The notes: generated by a model not told the origin, from the sequence alone. Shown: positions 1 to 15,418, counted from the stretch's first letter. The stretch is DNA of 64,000 bases from Bigelowiella natans CCMP2755 (GCA_000320545.1 ADNK01000495.1:1-64000), one strand, 5' to 3'. Translations and numbers: made by a program.

Positions 1-289
1 GGGGGGGGGGGGGTACAGGCAGGCGTACGGCATACCATAAACGACGAGTAGTAGTGATACGATGCGATACGTTTCTGCTACTGTCAAAGACTAATGATTG
101 GTGGATTTACTGAATGGCTAGAAAATGCACGCATGAGTCTGGAAATACCAATCATCCTACTACCAAATCTACTATATCAACATATCCACCTCATATCCAT
201 CCCTCCCCTCTATCCTCACGGTGTCCAAATTTTGCAGCAGCAGCAGCAGCAGCAGCTCATGTTCTGATCATCATCACGACTCAGTGCCT

Positions 290-2122
290 TACCCTCGTCC
301 AACTTAACTCCGCGATCTTCTGCCTCCACTCGATTTCGTGTCTCCTCGGCCAGTGCCTCCGTTGCCCTTTCACCAGCAGGACAATCGTCGTGTTATCAAT
401 GTAATATGGTTTGGGGGGGGGGGGGAGAACCATAGGAAGGGCGCTGTAACGGGAGAATAAAGATGCACCGAAGTGACTGCTTGTCGCGTGCGTAAGTAGA
501 GCAGCTGCTGCTGCTGTTGCTGCTGCTGTTTCAATGTCGTTGGAGTAGTATTAGCATTGGCCAATAATACCTTCCAAGCTTAGCTTTTAGCTCCTCGATT
601 TCCGAAAAGAGCTTCTGCTGTGCTTGCTGCTGATTGTGCTCTTTTTCCTTCTTTTCCTCCTCCTCCTCCTCCTCCTCCTTCTTCTTCCTGTTCTCTTCCG
701 CCTCTTCGTTGCCTTGGTGCGTGTTGTCGACGATGCCGATCTAAATAGCAGGTAGAATTGTCCGTTGATCAGCTGCCACATGTGCAGCAGATTACAACAT
801 CACGCCGTAATCACGCTCGATAACTGTGAGGAATTAGGCTGACGGCCGTGTCGCAGGTGAGATCTTGCTGTGTTAAATGGACTTGTGTTTCACACTACTA
901 CTCCTATTCCTGATGCTGCAATTACCACCACCATCCCTACCACGGCTACTGCTGCTACTTACTATGATCTCTAGATCAATTATGCATTGGTGTGCACAAG
1001 AAGCATTACAGACCTCTCTCAAGCTCTGGTACATGGTCGCAACGTATGTCAGCACACTAACGTCCGGATAAGGAGTAGAAGCAACGTGGGAATAATGGCA
1101 CTGGTTGAAGCGTCTACTACGAGTGATGATAACCCCGCCTCCCCCTCCCCATTCTCAAGCATCATTACTATCTTTCTACAATACCTCTCATTGTCAGGCT
1201 CTCGCTGAGAAAGCTCTTCCGTCGTTACAAGTCGAGGGACCTACGGAAACGGCCAGCGGCAGCATCAGCTTATGAAGCATGATTGGGAGATCATGGTGGA
1301 AGAAGAAATAAGAGAATTAGATTTCAACTTTAACGGAACAAAAATATTGATTATGATATTTTGTGAAGCAGTAAGAACATTTAAGTGCCCTTTGCTCGTA
1401 ATTTCTGGAAGGAGATATGCTAGGTTTCTTCAAAGGCTAAACTTCATTCAGAATATCCCCTCCACCGTCCTCCATTCCCCCCCCCTTCGCTATTATCATC
1501 ACCTTGAACTCCTTTTCAGCTGTGGCGAGACCAAGTTCCACATTCTATAGAACAGAGCACACCACATCTCTCCTTTGTAAGATACACACGCACATACTCA
1601 CACATATACTAGGCCGAATCATGCTCAGGTGATGAAGAGATTCCCTTTCTATACCATCTATTCATCCCCTCACGTGCACATGAGCAGCAGTACCGCTTCG
1701 GGGTCATCCTCAGAGAGCTTTGAAATGTCAATCGCTGCCTTCTTCTTGCTATGGAGGAGGTAACAGAGCACTTTCCCATCGTTCCAATCACTAGCAGGAT
1801 AAAAGAGAATTAGTAGTAGTAGTGGTGAAGTAGAATGTGCTAGTTTTTATCGTGGATCAGCAGTGATAGTCATAGATGTAGCGACAGAAGCACGTATGCA
1901 CGCACATATGGACGAATGAGTGGACAATACCTGGAGAAGTTGTTAACTTTGACTGTAGGCTCGATTCCTTGAATACTGAATATTATTTTAGGTTTGTTCA
2001 TACATTATTCGTGAGGCTTTGCATCTGTTGCGGCGTTGTTGTCTCCTATTCCTGACTGTTCTCTTGCTACATCCCCCTCTCTTCAACTATCAGACCGAAT
2101 CATCAACTTGTCATGTCTTCCA

Positions 2123-2162
<40 letters not shown>

Positions 2163-2249
2163 TCTTTTAACCCATGTAAGCAGTCGAGCCTCTATTCGCG
2201 AGGATGAGGAGGAAGAAGAGTAGGATGTTCCTACCTTAGAATACATGGC

Positions 2250-2294
<45 letters not shown>

Positions 2295-3800
2295 TTGCCA
2301 GTGCGTCGGATTTAACAGAGGCAAACATAACTTTGACCTTTTCAGAAGGACATAAGCACACACACACACACACACATTCACGTACCTCAACTGTCGAGTT
2401 CCCCCTTTGAGCAGAGTCCGTTTTAGAATCAATGCCTCCAATCTGAGATAGAGAAGATGATGGTCAGGTCAATGCTCCTCAAAATCTCGGAAAATGCTGC
2501 GTTTAACCAACGATTCCATCCCCCCCCACTCCAGGGTGGACTGGAAATGAATTAGCTTCTTTTTCTATTTGCAAACCCTTTGCTATCACGAAAAGGCATA
2601 CTCGCTACCGAATCAAGAGACACTGTGCGAATGATTGCCCATATAAGAGCCAACACCATCTGAAATAATCAACACCAACACGACGTACGGAGTATCAGCG
2701 GGATTGCATAAGAACGTGTAGGCTAGTGAAATAAGGTAATCGATGATCCTCCATGGCTGCTGTCGAGGTACTTATTTTGTCGCGTTCAATCATTATCAAG
2801 AATTAAGTGTAGAACCCACTGCTATATAGCAGACTTATCATCTAGAACCCACTGCTATATAGCAGACTTATCATCTAAATTGGTGTAGTACCTTCTCATT
2901 ACGATCCACGATTAAATTGCTGAGTATTGTTTTTCGAGCAAGAAATAAAACTAATTGTCGTTGTCTCCAAAATGTTAGCAACAAAGACACGCCATCCAAC
3001 GTAGATTATCTCTTCATAATTGCAGCAACAGTAGAGTAATCTCTTCAAGAGTACGCGATGTATAGAAGAAAGATACCTGTGCAAAAATCTGATACTCACA
3101 CCCAACCGCCTCACCTGATGGTGACACGTAGCAGCGAGTAGTAAACAGAAGTAAAATCAATTCAAAAGAAAGCTTCATCATATCGTCATATTGCATCGAT
3201 CATTGGTCATTGATCCTTAATTGGAACGTATATCTATACCATATCTAGTGCAATCGTAACATTCTCCAGCGCCTTGGCTCTGAGGCTACAATCTTTGTTG
3301 TGCTTCGGAATTGGTGCATTCGTCAATACGTGCATTAGCTGCATCAGCTTGATTCCATCGCTCAATCCTTGACAAAGCTCCTATTTGAGAGTGTTTTTGG
3401 TTGTATTTTTGAAATCTTTGGTAGAGCATCCAATTCACAGATCGTGTATATAGAAGAGTAAACAAAGAAGAAATGAAGATATGAAACCATCATCGTCATA
3501 TCCATTTTATCATGTTCGTTGATTAGCTATGCACGTACAGAAATGGGCTCAAATCCTCCAATTGCCAATTTTGCATTCACCCACTTTGTGAATGTGTGGT
3601 TTTTCATTGCCTAGATATTGGCGGGCAGGCTCAGCAGCATATCATATATTGGCAACAGGACGAAAAGTAGAACCACCCCCACTCGGCGGCAACCCCTTCA
3701 ACGCATAACTTCTTACTAATCCCTCACACACATTGCGCTTATATTGGCCTTCCCTGACAGCATTGGACACGCGTCGACGTCTGATGTAGCCTTCCGCCAT
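290..3800 (-). CDS. Tandem calponin-homology (actin-binding) + coiled-coil protein, cortexillin/alpha-actinin-like; 3' end probably runs off the window
   Basis: Spliced exons give MAEGYIRRRR..|AMKNHTFTKWVNAKL..|ELCQGLSDGIKLMQLMHVL..KALENVTIALDM|..MVLALIWAII (CH1), then VKVNNFSS|DWNDGKVLCYLLHS..|NVELGLATAEKEFK|VPRLVTTEEL..PDNESVLTYVATMY (CH2), then an E/K-rich coiled coil. GT-AG phases are consistent; one linker exon near 2000-2340 is unresolved. Confidence 0.85.
2810..2875. repeat. Perfect 33-bp tandem duplication in an intron
   Basis: tagaacccactgctatatagcagacttatcatc x2. Confidence 0.95.
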
Positions 3801-4329
3801 GCTGGCCTCTTCACAACGTGGGGGGAGAGAGCGGGAAAAACGAGTTTTGAGGCAGCGGGGTTCCGACGGAGCCCCGGTTTCAACAGACCTCATATTTGTG
3901 AAAACATATGCGATTTACACTCTGTGACAGTGGTTTAACGATGTCGTCATACAAAAATTCGCAAGTATTTTTCGGAATCCCGGCGATAATATCCAGCACG
4001 CGTCTCCTCCGCTTGTCGTCATCATGTCAGTCAGTAGTTGGATTTTCTAGGAAATTCTTCCGTCAAACGGTGTTCGTTCTGAGTGTTGTTCGTGTTTTTA
4101 TGATGCGACAACCAGTTCTTTATGGTATATCGATAAAATGGCATGTGTTTACTAACATTTTTGTTCTCAAAAACCGGAAGCTGAAACTGCTCGGGAACGT
4201 GAGAATCCCCATGAAAGCGCTGATTAACCGCGCTCTCGCCCATTGTGAGAGGAGGGATTAGTATCGCAGCCGTCTTCGCCGTGCTCGTTTTTGTAGTCCG
4301 GACTCTTGAAGAGATCAGCTGCTGAAGAA
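3801..4329. promoter_or_regulatory. Probable bidirectional promoter region (CH gene / ankyrin gene)
   Basis: About 530 bp between divergent start codons; inferred from gene orientation only. Confidence 0.5.
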
Positions 4330-6184
4330 ATGGAGGAGCTTGGGAGTGAAGCGGAGGAAGAGGATGAGAAGAAAGGTGTGTGGTGTCAGAAGCTACCAAC
4401 GGTGACATTTTTGACCAGTAGATTGCTTCTGTTTCGGACTCAACAGCGGAGGACTAGCTTCATTTTAAAATTTTAATACACATTAACTATTCACCACCTC
4501 ACCTTTAACCGAGAGAGAGTGAGAAGAGAAGATATAACTGTTAAAGGCAAGTTGAGAAGGGTGTGCTAGAATTTAGAACAATTCTGCTGCGTTATTTCCA
4601 AGGATGGTGGAAGGTGAAAGCAAAAGATCCTAACAAGGAGTATCCAAAGGAGCCTCCTAAGGAGGAGAAGTCAAAGGTTACTACAATCTGCATAATACCA
4701 CAGTGTCTCTATTCGGACCCAATGATTAAAATCCATCCCCGCCGTATCAATCCCTCCCTCCATCGACCTTCAATCGTCATCATCTTTGTCGCCTTATCTC
4801 CTCCTCCGCCTCCTCCTCGTCTTCCCTTCAGTGGACTTACGAAGGGCACAAGGGAAATGCTCTCGGAAACCTTCTACTAACGGCATGTGATGCCGGTGAC
4901 CGTCTCAAAGCTCAGGAATTGATAAAGGTGAACGCGGACCCGAATTATGCAGCAAGGAAAGATGCCACGCTGAATCAGGTGGGTTGGACTGGGCTTCTGT
5001 ACGCGAGCGACAAGGGACATCGAGGAGTTGTGTCTTTACTCGCTTCAGCTCTGGCAGACCTCAATGCCCAAACACAGGTGCGGGTGTAGATATAGTGGCA
5101 GTGGTAGAAGGAATAGTAGAAGTGATAAATGATTACTCCTGAGAAATAAGAGGGTGAGAAAGTGCGGCAATGAGTTCCGTGTGCGTGGATGATTCAATTC
5201 CTACAAAATTGTGACAAAATAATGATCGAAATTCTTTGGGACGACTATATTGATGTATCATCGTTAACCTAACCCAAAGGATGATATGAATGGAATTTTC
5301 TTATCGTCATTGAACTACTACCGCTCTCTCGTCGGTGCGTTGTGGTTGTTAAAAAGGTGGGTTGGTCTGCTCTAATGCTCGCAACGTACCGAGGGAACAA
5401 GGACATGGTGCGGCATCTGCTACGTCTCAAAGCGGATCCAAGTCTCAAACAAATGGTTGCTCGCACATACACGCGCGCGCGCGCACACACACACACACTC
5501 ACGTTGCTACGCACGTATTTGTCCAGTGAATGATTCCATAATATAAACTAAAACATAAAATTATAAGTATTGCAATAATATAAATTACGAATATATAAGT
5601 AAATATGAAGGTATGTGCTTATTACCCTTAGTATGTGGTGAAGAAAGAGAAGGAGGACCCTGCTGTCAAGGCGTTGATGCAGAGTTATGAAGCCAAGGAA
5701 GCTGTGAAAGAAGAGATAGTAATATATTTCTAACTAATGATAACTACAGCCATCTTGTGACGATGATTGGATGTTGCTTCTCTTTCTCACAAACAGAAAA
5801 TTAAGGTTGCTCTGCCTAAGTCTAGAAAAGAGGAGCTCAAAGAGGTAGTGGAAATTGAATCATCCCCCCCCCCTCCCTTTCATTTCTATTTCTTCTCATC
5901 TACTCTTCCATTTTTCTCTATGATGGGTAAGATGAATGAATCTTCTCTCATCCCAGCAACGCGTGCGATGCATGCACACGTACTTTTGGTGTGTGGAACA
6001 AGCATGGATGTAAAATGTAGCTCTTCTACCACCTACTACTATCTCAGAAACTGCACGATCTTCGGGTGGCGTTTGAAGACATTTATGCTATCGAGATGCA
6101 AGACAAAGCTGTTGGAATCATGAAATCGATCATCAAGGTCCGAGATGCATTACATATCAGTAGCAGTAGTATTAATAGCAGTAA

Positions 6185-6220
<36 letters not shown>

Positions 6221-7600
6221 AAAATCATCATCGCCACCTGAGTAAGACTGGGACAATAATTACGTGTTGATAGTCATTTGTTTGTTTACACACTACTTGC
6301 CCAGGAGGAGGAGGAGCTGAGAAGCAACCCGAAGCTGCAGAAAGAGCAGCGACAAAAGCGGCAGGAGATAATGACGTTAGATGAGCCCATCAAGGATAAT
6401 CCCCAGCTTTGGACCTATCTCCATGCCGCTGTAGTTCAAGGAAATGCCACAATGGTCGTTTTCGATAATAATGATAAGAAGAAGAGTATTTTGCTTCGTT
6501 TTGAGAATGATCATGATTTTTAGTCGAGAGTCATACCGAAAATAACCAACGAGAGCATAATTGGAATGGCCTCAAAGAGAACGGCACCTCATCATAGTTA
6601 GGAAAGAGTGCCATCAGCTGATGAGATTATGAAACAAGAATGACGTATAAATTGTTTGATTTTATGGTGAATATGCCTCAATCGATACGAACATATTCAC
6701 ACAAAAGTGCCGATTCCTCCTGGATCTGGGAGCAAATGTAAACGCTGCCACCAAGACAGGCAATACACCGTTGCACATGGCTGCACAGCATCTCAACACG
6801 GAGGAAGGCCGAGAGATTGTGATGCATCTCCTCGAGGCCAAAGCAGACATTCACAGGCGGAATTTCGTCCAGAAACTCAGTGTGAGTAGTAATAGTAGTA
6901 GCAGTAGCAGCAGCAGCAGCAGCAATAGCAATAGCAATGCCTAGTACGGTACACACTACCAAACCAAGTCCACGTTCGCTCTTCATTCACCAAAATATAT
7001 GAATGTAAACGTATTTAAGGGAGTACTGCTACTGCTACTACTATTCTCGATCAGGCCATCGATAACCTTCTCATGACAGCGAGCAATAACGATCCGAAGG
7101 AAATGCTTTGGATCCGTACTTTTGTGCCTATGGGGGAGCTCAGGAAATCGCCCCCCAACAGCGAGCAACGTGACACGCCGCTGTTACCGGTCAGCAAAAA
7201 TTCAAACTAGCGAAAGGTTTGGGGGGGGGTGGGAAGGGAACGGGACTCGTGCTGCTGCTCAATAGATGGCCGTGCCAGTGTCATCATCATCTCAGTGCTG
7301 CTCCTGATAATGATGGTGTTGTTGTCCTGTCGCTGCTTATCTTTAGAACACCGCAAATACCAATGGAAGGCCACGCAAGTCTCCCTCTAAAGTCTCGCCC
7401 GATAACACCACAGCGGTAGTTGTTCAGAGTTAGCCCCCTCCACACACGCACGCACACAAACACACACACGAGTGCATGTATTAACTATATCGAGCATCGG
7501 TCGTAATTGTGGTAGCAACACAAACGATGTTCAGAAGTAGTTTGGCGCTGTCATCAATAGCCTTTCTTGCTACGAATGAAACAAAGAAGGTATGACACTA

Positions 7601-7633
<33 letters not shown>

Positions 7634-7939
7634 CACTAGGCCATGATTGCATCTTGGATGGGGCATACGGAGATACTGCACATGCTCATCGAAGCGCGGG
7701 CAGATTTATTTGCCACAGACAAAGATGAGAAAGATGCTGAGGACTGGGTAGTAACGACAACAAATAAAGCAATAACGACGACGATGATGATGATTATGAC
7801 ATTGATATTAATGACGATAAAGGAACAAGTTAGTAAGGAGGAGAAAGTATTTTAAAAAACAAAGTGAGAGAGAGAATTAGGGGGGTGCATGTGCACGTGC
7901 GTATGTGCATGTGCGTATGTGCATGTGTGTGTGTGTGTG

Positions 7940-7976
<37 letters not shown>

Positions 7977-8046
7977 ATTTTGTGCATCATTCATGCCTCT
8001 GTGGTGACCCTCTTTTATTGAATCTCTTCTTCTCTCTCTCTCTTTT

Positions 8047-8095
<49 letters not shown>

Positions 8096-9201
8096 ACAGG
8101 CGATATGGGAGGACAGAACAGAGATTGTAAAGATCATCCAGGAAGGTGCTGTGTAAGATAATGAGAATAATGACGATACGAACGAAGAACACACATACAC
8201 ACACACATACCTAAGAGAAAGATAGTAACTACTTACCATAGCAGCGACGTCAACGAGAAGGAGAGCATACAGCACAACACCTATATAAAGCATTGGCATA
8301 TTGGCACTCTGCGCCACCACCTCCTTCTTCACCTTCCCTCCACCCCTTTTGTCCTTTTCACACGCAGGCAAGATCGAGCAGCGCAAGTGGGAGGAGAGAG
8401 AGAGGAAACGACGGGAAGCGATGGCGAAGAAATTCCTGGAGGCATGTGAATTCGGCGACTACTTGACGGTGAATGAGATGCTCATGGACCCAAGAGTGGA
8501 GATCGAGTACAAATATCAGAATGGTATTAATGAATACGCCAATAACCGCCCTGTTTGATGAGAATTCATCATCATCATCATCACCACCACCACCACCACC
8601 ACCACCTCCATCATCCTCGCTCTTTCCTTGTTTGTGGATGAATACACGACGATGACTCCGTAGTGTCTACATCGCTGAACTTTTTTGGTGGTTGGTGTAG
8701 TTAGGTAATATAGTGATGGGGGGGGGGGGGGGAGGGTAGCAGGAGGCCACAGCTGTGGATGATACATTGGAATAATGAGTAAGCATTTTTCAGGGACATC
8801 ATGATGACGTGTTCTTCTCGGTTCGTATTTTTCTTTTCTTTTCTACTCCTCCTCTCCATCCTCCTCCTCCTCCTCCTCCTCCTCCTCCTCCTCTCGATAT
8901 CAGGGTACACTGCCCTGATGATTGCTGCGAGAGCCGGTTACTGGCAGGTTGTGCGATCGCTTCTGAAAGCTGGGTGAGAACTATCGAGACGGAGGATCAT
9001 AAAATGATGATGATGATGATGATGATGAGAGGAGAGAGATCGCAACTCAGCTTTATTACGACGTGCATATGTATATGTAAATCACACGCACACACATATC
9101 TTATGTTTTGCGTGCTATTATTCCAATAACAAGGGCAAGCCTGCACATCCGCGATGACGGTGGGGGTACCGCGTTGATGAAGGTATTAGTTTTCACAACT
9201 G

Positions 9202-9235
<34 letters not shown>

Positions 9236-9931
9236 GGTGACGCTGCTGCTGCAGCTTCTTATTGGCTATTATAAATGATAGAACAAACGTATATTTCACA
9301 ATATTACGAAGAAATGTAAATAAATAAATAATTGTAATACATTATGAGTTTTGATAAGATTGGCAATATAATTGGGTAGGCGAGAGAGAGGGTATGTGAC
9401 AACAACATCGTGGTGGACTTCTCCCTTACACCCTTTTTTTTAACTCTCTCCCATACACCCCCCCCCCCCTCTCTCTCTCTCTCTTTCTCTCTCTCTCTTT
9501 CTCTCTGTGTGTGTGTGTGTGTGTGTGTCTGCTTGGTGTAGGCGGCGGCGGGAGGACACAAGCGCGTGGTGAACGAGATTGCAGCGTATGAGAAAAAGCT
9601 GAAGCTGAAGAAAGAAGAATCATGCTTAAATCTGCAAGATGCTGATGGCTGGACGGCCCTGATGCTGGCCTCGATTCACGGCAATACGCATACCGTCGTC
9701 AGGCTTTGCGAACTTGGGGTCAGAAGATAATAGATAAAGAGGGGGGGGATAGAATTAAATTGCCAAATATTCAGATGTGTCTACCTGCAGAATAGCATTG
9801 CGTTTTCGTCAAAACACAGAGATCCTACTAGGAGCACTGTCAATATTATATTATCATTGGCTTCGAGGCCGCTTTCAACACGTATCCAATGCATCACGAC
9901 ATATCCAAGATTCGCAAAAATTATATGTATA

Positions 9932-9971
<40 letters not shown>

Positions 9972-12869
9972 TGTGTATGTTCAGGCCGATTTGGATTTGA
10001 TTCAGAAGGGAGGCCATACCGCACAACAGTGGTAGCACCGTTTGTTAGAACAAGTGCATCTTACGATAGTGAAAACAACAATAACAACAACATTTGATAA
10101 TTTCTGCTCACAAATAATGGCGGCCTGGTCGAACAACCAGATGCTTGATTTTTATCTTCTTCCTGAGTAACACGACGACCGAGTTATTTATATAAATATA
10201 TCACATCGCTACTGCTACTATCACCTTAATCTTACTTATAAATGGTTTCCCATAAAGTTGGGTTTTTTGAATTCCCTTTGTTAATGCTCCCCCTCTTACT
10301 ACTACTACCATAGGGCGGTGATGGAGGAGCAGTGGGAGGTGGCAAAGGAGTTACAAACAGCTCGGTGATCACGAATATATGATCAACGACGAGGACACGA
10401 AACTTAGCATATACTCGAACAGTCACGCATCATCATCGTCATCCTAGTCGCCATCATCATCATCTTTTTCTTCTTCTCCTTCTTCTTCGTCGTCGTTGTC
10501 GTCGTCATCCCTTTTCGTCACCCATCCCCTATCTCTCTATATGCAGAGAAAAGCGCAAGTTTGCGGCGAAAAATGCAGCGAAAGTCGAGGAGGAAGTGAA
10601 GCATATCCTTGCGAGCAAGTTTGGCGATCAAATTCCAGATGGGTGTGCATATGCTGTTGTTTGTGTATTTTGCGTGTTTGCGTGTTTGCGTGTTTGCGCG
10701 CGCGCGCGTGTGTGTGTGTGTGTTTGTGTGTTCCCTAGGAGGAACCCAATGATCGGTCTTGGTTGGTGTTCCCCAGCCTCCTTTGCTGTTATCGATTCTT
10801 CACATTCGTGATTGCATGCTCTCTCTCTCTCTCTCTGCACGATGGTGGAGATCGTTGTTGTAGAGATGGATCTCGATACCTGATGTTGTTGTCGTTGTCA
10901 CCTGGGCTATGTGGGGTGGACGCACTGTGATGAATCCCCCACTCAGAAACAACTCGTTTCTCGTCTTTGCAGGACATCGGCAGTGATGCTGGCGGCTATG
11001 CGAGGGCACTCTGGTGTCGTAGACGCGCTACTGCACATCAAAGCCAACATCAATATCACCGACAGCCGTGGCATGACCGCGTACGTTATCTATCGATGAT
11101 GCTTCGCGTGTAAACTACTCATACTCTGAGAGGAGGGGGGGGGGGGAGTGGAGGGACGATGATGATGACCCCGTCGCCTCACTTATACTACCAGCACCAA
11201 AGACAAACAGTTTACATTGCACACAACGTGATCGATCGTCGTCAGATGCTTATTCTTATTATCGTCATTATTATCATCACCACCATATTATTGTTCTCTA
11301 AAAAGATATGACTGGGCTGTGAAACACAAGCACCGAAGCGCGGCAGAGCTCCTGCTTGGTATTGACTGAGGAAAATAGAAAAAGAAGAAGAAAATGATTA
11401 GGGGGAGGAAGAGGAGGAGGAGGAGGAGGAGGAGCTGCTCCCACTGCCATTCATTCCTGTGTTTTCATATAGATGCTTTCACAATATTTTCACATCCTTT
11501 TTAATTGATGATACGGAAATGCCATATTTCTATCGTTCCTCCATCAATCCAAGTTGTTGTTGTTGTTGTTGTTGTCGCGTCGTAGCTGAGAACACATCAA
11601 CCAACCACACTACAAGTAATGCACTGCGACTAATACTGACGACCCTGCTGCCGCTGCTCCATTTATTTTCTGAAAATGATTACAGAGGAGCTCCGCCGAC
11701 AACAAGCTGCAGACTTCGAGCGTCGGAAGAAAAGGGCAGCATCACTTGCGGCTAAGCTGCTCTCTGCGGTAATAATAATACAGCATCACTACTCGATGAT
11801 GGTTTGCTATTGCTATTTATCTTTCATAATGCTGCTGGGTGGCGAAGAAGAAGAAGAAGAAGAAGAAGAAGAAAGCATAACGTATTATCATCCTAAAACC
11901 ATAAACATAGGTTGAATTTGCGGACGTGCCAAGGATACAATCACTACTCACGGAGCCTCTGTACTGTGAAATTCACAATCAAAGTGTTTTATCGGGGGGG
12001 GAAGGGAGGGGGCTTGAAACAGCTATATGAGAGCAGTCTATTTATGATGAAAAAGAAGCGACTGTGGCCCCATGCCATACGGCACGAGTGTATTCGTTTT
12101 GCAGACAGGAGAATCATCACTGTATTTTCTTAAATACCACCGATAAAGTGATGGTCATATACTATGAATTATCTTGGTGATAATACCGAATAACGACCAA
12201 CGAATGATGACAGACTGCTCATTGATTACGAGTACGAAAATGGGATGACGGCGCTCATTCGAGCCGCGATGTAAGTAGCCCTAAGTAGTGAATGATCGCT
12301 TGTTCTTCTCCATACTCCCCGCTTTCCCACCCAGCATCCACTGCAGTACGAGAAAGCATCAACAAAGAGAGGACACTCTTCTTCTCTCCCCGAGCATTCT
12401 CTAATGCAATAGTGCAACATCCTTTGAATAACGTATAAGTAGAGTAGTAGTAGTAGTAGTAGTAGTAGTTGGTGGTGGTGGTGATCTTCCATACTAATTT
12501 TGCGGCGTGTTCTGTCGCAGGTGGGGGCACACACATTTGGTACCTCTCTTGATCGAAGCAAAGGTGGTTTATCTATCCTCCTGCTTTCACATTCTCACCC
12601 TCATATTCATCCACTTATAACCCCTCCCCATCATCTTCTTCATCCACTACCACAGGCCGACATCAACTTGCAGATGAAGAATGGACATTCGCCCTTGTCG
12701 CGCGCAGCAATTAATGGACGCGAGAGTGTGATTAGATGCCTGTTGGACAACAAAGCATTAGTGAACCTCCAAAATAAGGTGGTGAGGGAAATTGCCGATC
12801 GAAGTATCAAATAGTAGAAGTAGTAAGTAGTAGTAGCAGTGGTACTAGCAGAGTAACCGTGTGTGCATG

Positions 12870-12901
<32 letters not shown>

Positions 12902-14218
12902 ATTTCATGGGTTTCTGTGAATCTCTCCTATAAGCGGAATATGTGTTGTTGGGATCATCACATGGTACTGCTGCTGCTGCATTTGCTTAGTGGGGCTGGA
13001 CGGCGTTGTCCCGTGCATCCATGAGAGGCCACATCGGTGTTGCGACACAGCTGGTAGTAGTATGATGGGGGAGAGGAATCGTAGACGATAACTAAAAAGA
13101 TCTTTCACATAGCACTGCAAAGTGTGAGGAAAATGCACGATTTCGCAGAGCAGCAGCCATCAGCATTTTGAATATTGTTAGATATCTGTTTGAAAGTAGT
13201 TGAATCCCCGTGAGGCCATTCACGTTCATAATACTGTTCTGCAAAACGTTGTCGCTGCAGGGAAATAGTGTGAATGACGCAGCAGCATGGAAGATATTGA
13301 GGCGTGTGTAGACTTTGCTTGAATTCATACGAATCGTGTTCAGCCTCCCTCCGACCTCCCCCCCTTCCACATCCCTTTCTCTCTGCTCACTCCCAATGTC
13401 CTTATACCTGCTGCAAACTACTGTTTATTTGTTTCCTCCTCCTCCTCCTCCTCTCCTCTACTATTAGTTGGAAGCCAAAGCAAAGCTAGACCTCCAAGAC
13501 GAGAGCGATTGGTACTTCTACTGCTGCTGCTGCTGCTGCTGCTGCTACCACTACCACTACTGCTGCTACTACTACTACTACTTATAAACATCATTTCACT
13601 TTGGACTCTTCTACTAGGTCGGCTGTAGGCCTTGCATCAGCTAATGGTCACCTGCCGGTTGTGAAGCTATTGACACAGGCCCGGGCAAATGTAAGCTTGG
13701 AGCTCGAAAACGGCCTGGATGCCGAGGGATGGGCCGAGGTATTATTCTTCTCTTCTCTTCTCATCCGACAGCTGCTTTCTCCAGTAGGCAGCAGTAGTGA
13801 CCGACTCGAGCCTGCCTAAACAATTATACTATTCCAACGATATTTATATTTATATATATATATATATATATATCGGCGCTGAGACACGATAATTTTGCTT
13901 TTTTTGTCATGGCGCTGCGGCCATGACAATAGTTTAGAATAATCGAGGTTTTTCGGTTTATAATTTGCAGCAAATTAGTCAAATTCCTCCTTTGCTGATA
14001 GTGTTGGCCCTCTACACTGCTCCATGAAGAGGGTTGAAGGGGGTGCAGCTTTATCAGCATTGTTAGGACGATGATACATGAAGCAATGATGGTGATGATG
14101 AATATCAGGCGAAGGGCCACCATGCCTGCGTAGATCTCGTCAAAAAAGCCAAAAAAGAAGAGGCTAAGCGTGTTGCTGCGGAAAGGAAACGCATGCGGAA
14201 GTCAGACCAGCAGACTAC

Positions 14219-14260
<42 letters not shown>

Positions 14261-14804
14261 ATTCTCAGTAAATATACAAAGTCGGAATAGTAGCTCTGAA
14301 TTGATGCTGTATTTTCTGGCTGCATGCCCGTGTATTTTCCTTTTTCCTCGTTTTTTTCAAATCCGTCTCCTTTCTCAGGTTGAACAGACGATACAGGAAT
14401 TTGGTGAAAAAGATCGCACTTAACGCATCTCGTACTGTGGAGAATCGCCCTGGTATTTCTCGCTTCTCCCCCCCCCCCCCGGTCCAGAATTATGTTGGAG
14501 CATCATTGCTACCTGAAGCGAAAGCAAGCACGCGCACATCTTAAACTAATTAATACACCTATTATTATGTTATTATTATCAGGGGTGGCGGCATCTAAGT
14601 GGGCGCTTCGGAAGGTCTCCAGCGACGCAGTAGACATTGCAGAAAAAAACTTTACCGAGTACATCCGCAAGTGGCTTCACTTCACTCTTGACGAAGCTGC
14701 ACATGAGGCAGCGTACATCGCCGAGGTAATTTAAAGCTATACGTTCACGTGCAGTATGCTGTTGGATTACATAAAATGAAAGATCGAGCGCCAAATAAAG
14801 ACTA

Positions 14805-14854
<50 letters not shown>

Positions 14855-14898
14855 TGCGTGTGTATGTACGTGTGTAAGTGGACGTAAGCTTGTGTGTA

Positions 14899-14937
<39 letters not shown>

Positions 14938-15096
14938 TTTGCCATGAATGCTAGCATGGAAGGATCTCTAACCGTCTCTTCTCTGCAGGATCGCAAAATA
15001 ACATATAAAGCATGCAGACAAATTGTGCACCACGAGATTGTTGGCCCCGTCTATCAGTTCATCTTGCTTGACGATGACGACGACGACGATGATTGA
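4330..15096 (+). CDS. Large multi-exon ankyrin-repeat protein with coiled-coil segments
   Basis: MEELGSEAEEEDEKKG|WWKVK.. followed by many ANK repeats: GWTGLLYASDKGHRGVVSLL, GWSALMLATYRGNKDMVRHLL, GNTPLHMAAQH, GHSPLSRAAINGRESVIRCLL, SAVGLASANGHLPVVKLL. Last exon ends ..LLDDDDDDDD* at 15096. Introns are microsatellite-rich. Confidence 0.85.
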
Positions 15097-15229
15097 TTGT
15101 TCTGTTTTTTTCCTTGCTTTTATGGCGGCCAAAAAAGCTGGTTTGTATGTAAGCAGTCATCAAATTGTCCAATAAATATAGAAAGATCGAAGCGCCACAG
15201 GCATGGCGTTATTGTCATGCAAAAACCAT

Positions 15230-15418
15230 TGGCGTTCAGCTCATGCACTAATAAAGCACTGCGGAAAGTTATACGTTGCTTGCCGTAGTCACTGCTCACA
15301 ATGCATTACGGCATCGCACACATTTGTGCACTTTGCTGGTTTACATTATGAATGCCTGGCTACATGAGGATGAGCATTGAATAAATTTATATTGATTTGA
15401 TTAATCACAGCCGTCTTA
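15230..15418 (+). mobile_element. Degenerate 3' end of the LINE family seen at 41.3-41.7 kb
   Basis: gctacatgaggatgagcattgaataaattt...cacagccgtctta aligns by eye with gctacattaggatgaactaccattgaaaaaattt...tacatccgtctca at 41674-41731. Confidence 0.6.

Noticed and set aside
3640-3900. GC-rich hairpin region ending in a T-run, suggesting an ncRNA (snoRNA/SRP/MRP)
   Set aside because: No diagnostic boxes; it is explained as the 5' UTR, exon 1 (MAEGYIRRRR..) and intron 1 of the CH gene
7830-10840. ORFs with HTHT, CVCV, ERER or poly-P/R tracts
   Set aside because: Translations of intronic microsatellites
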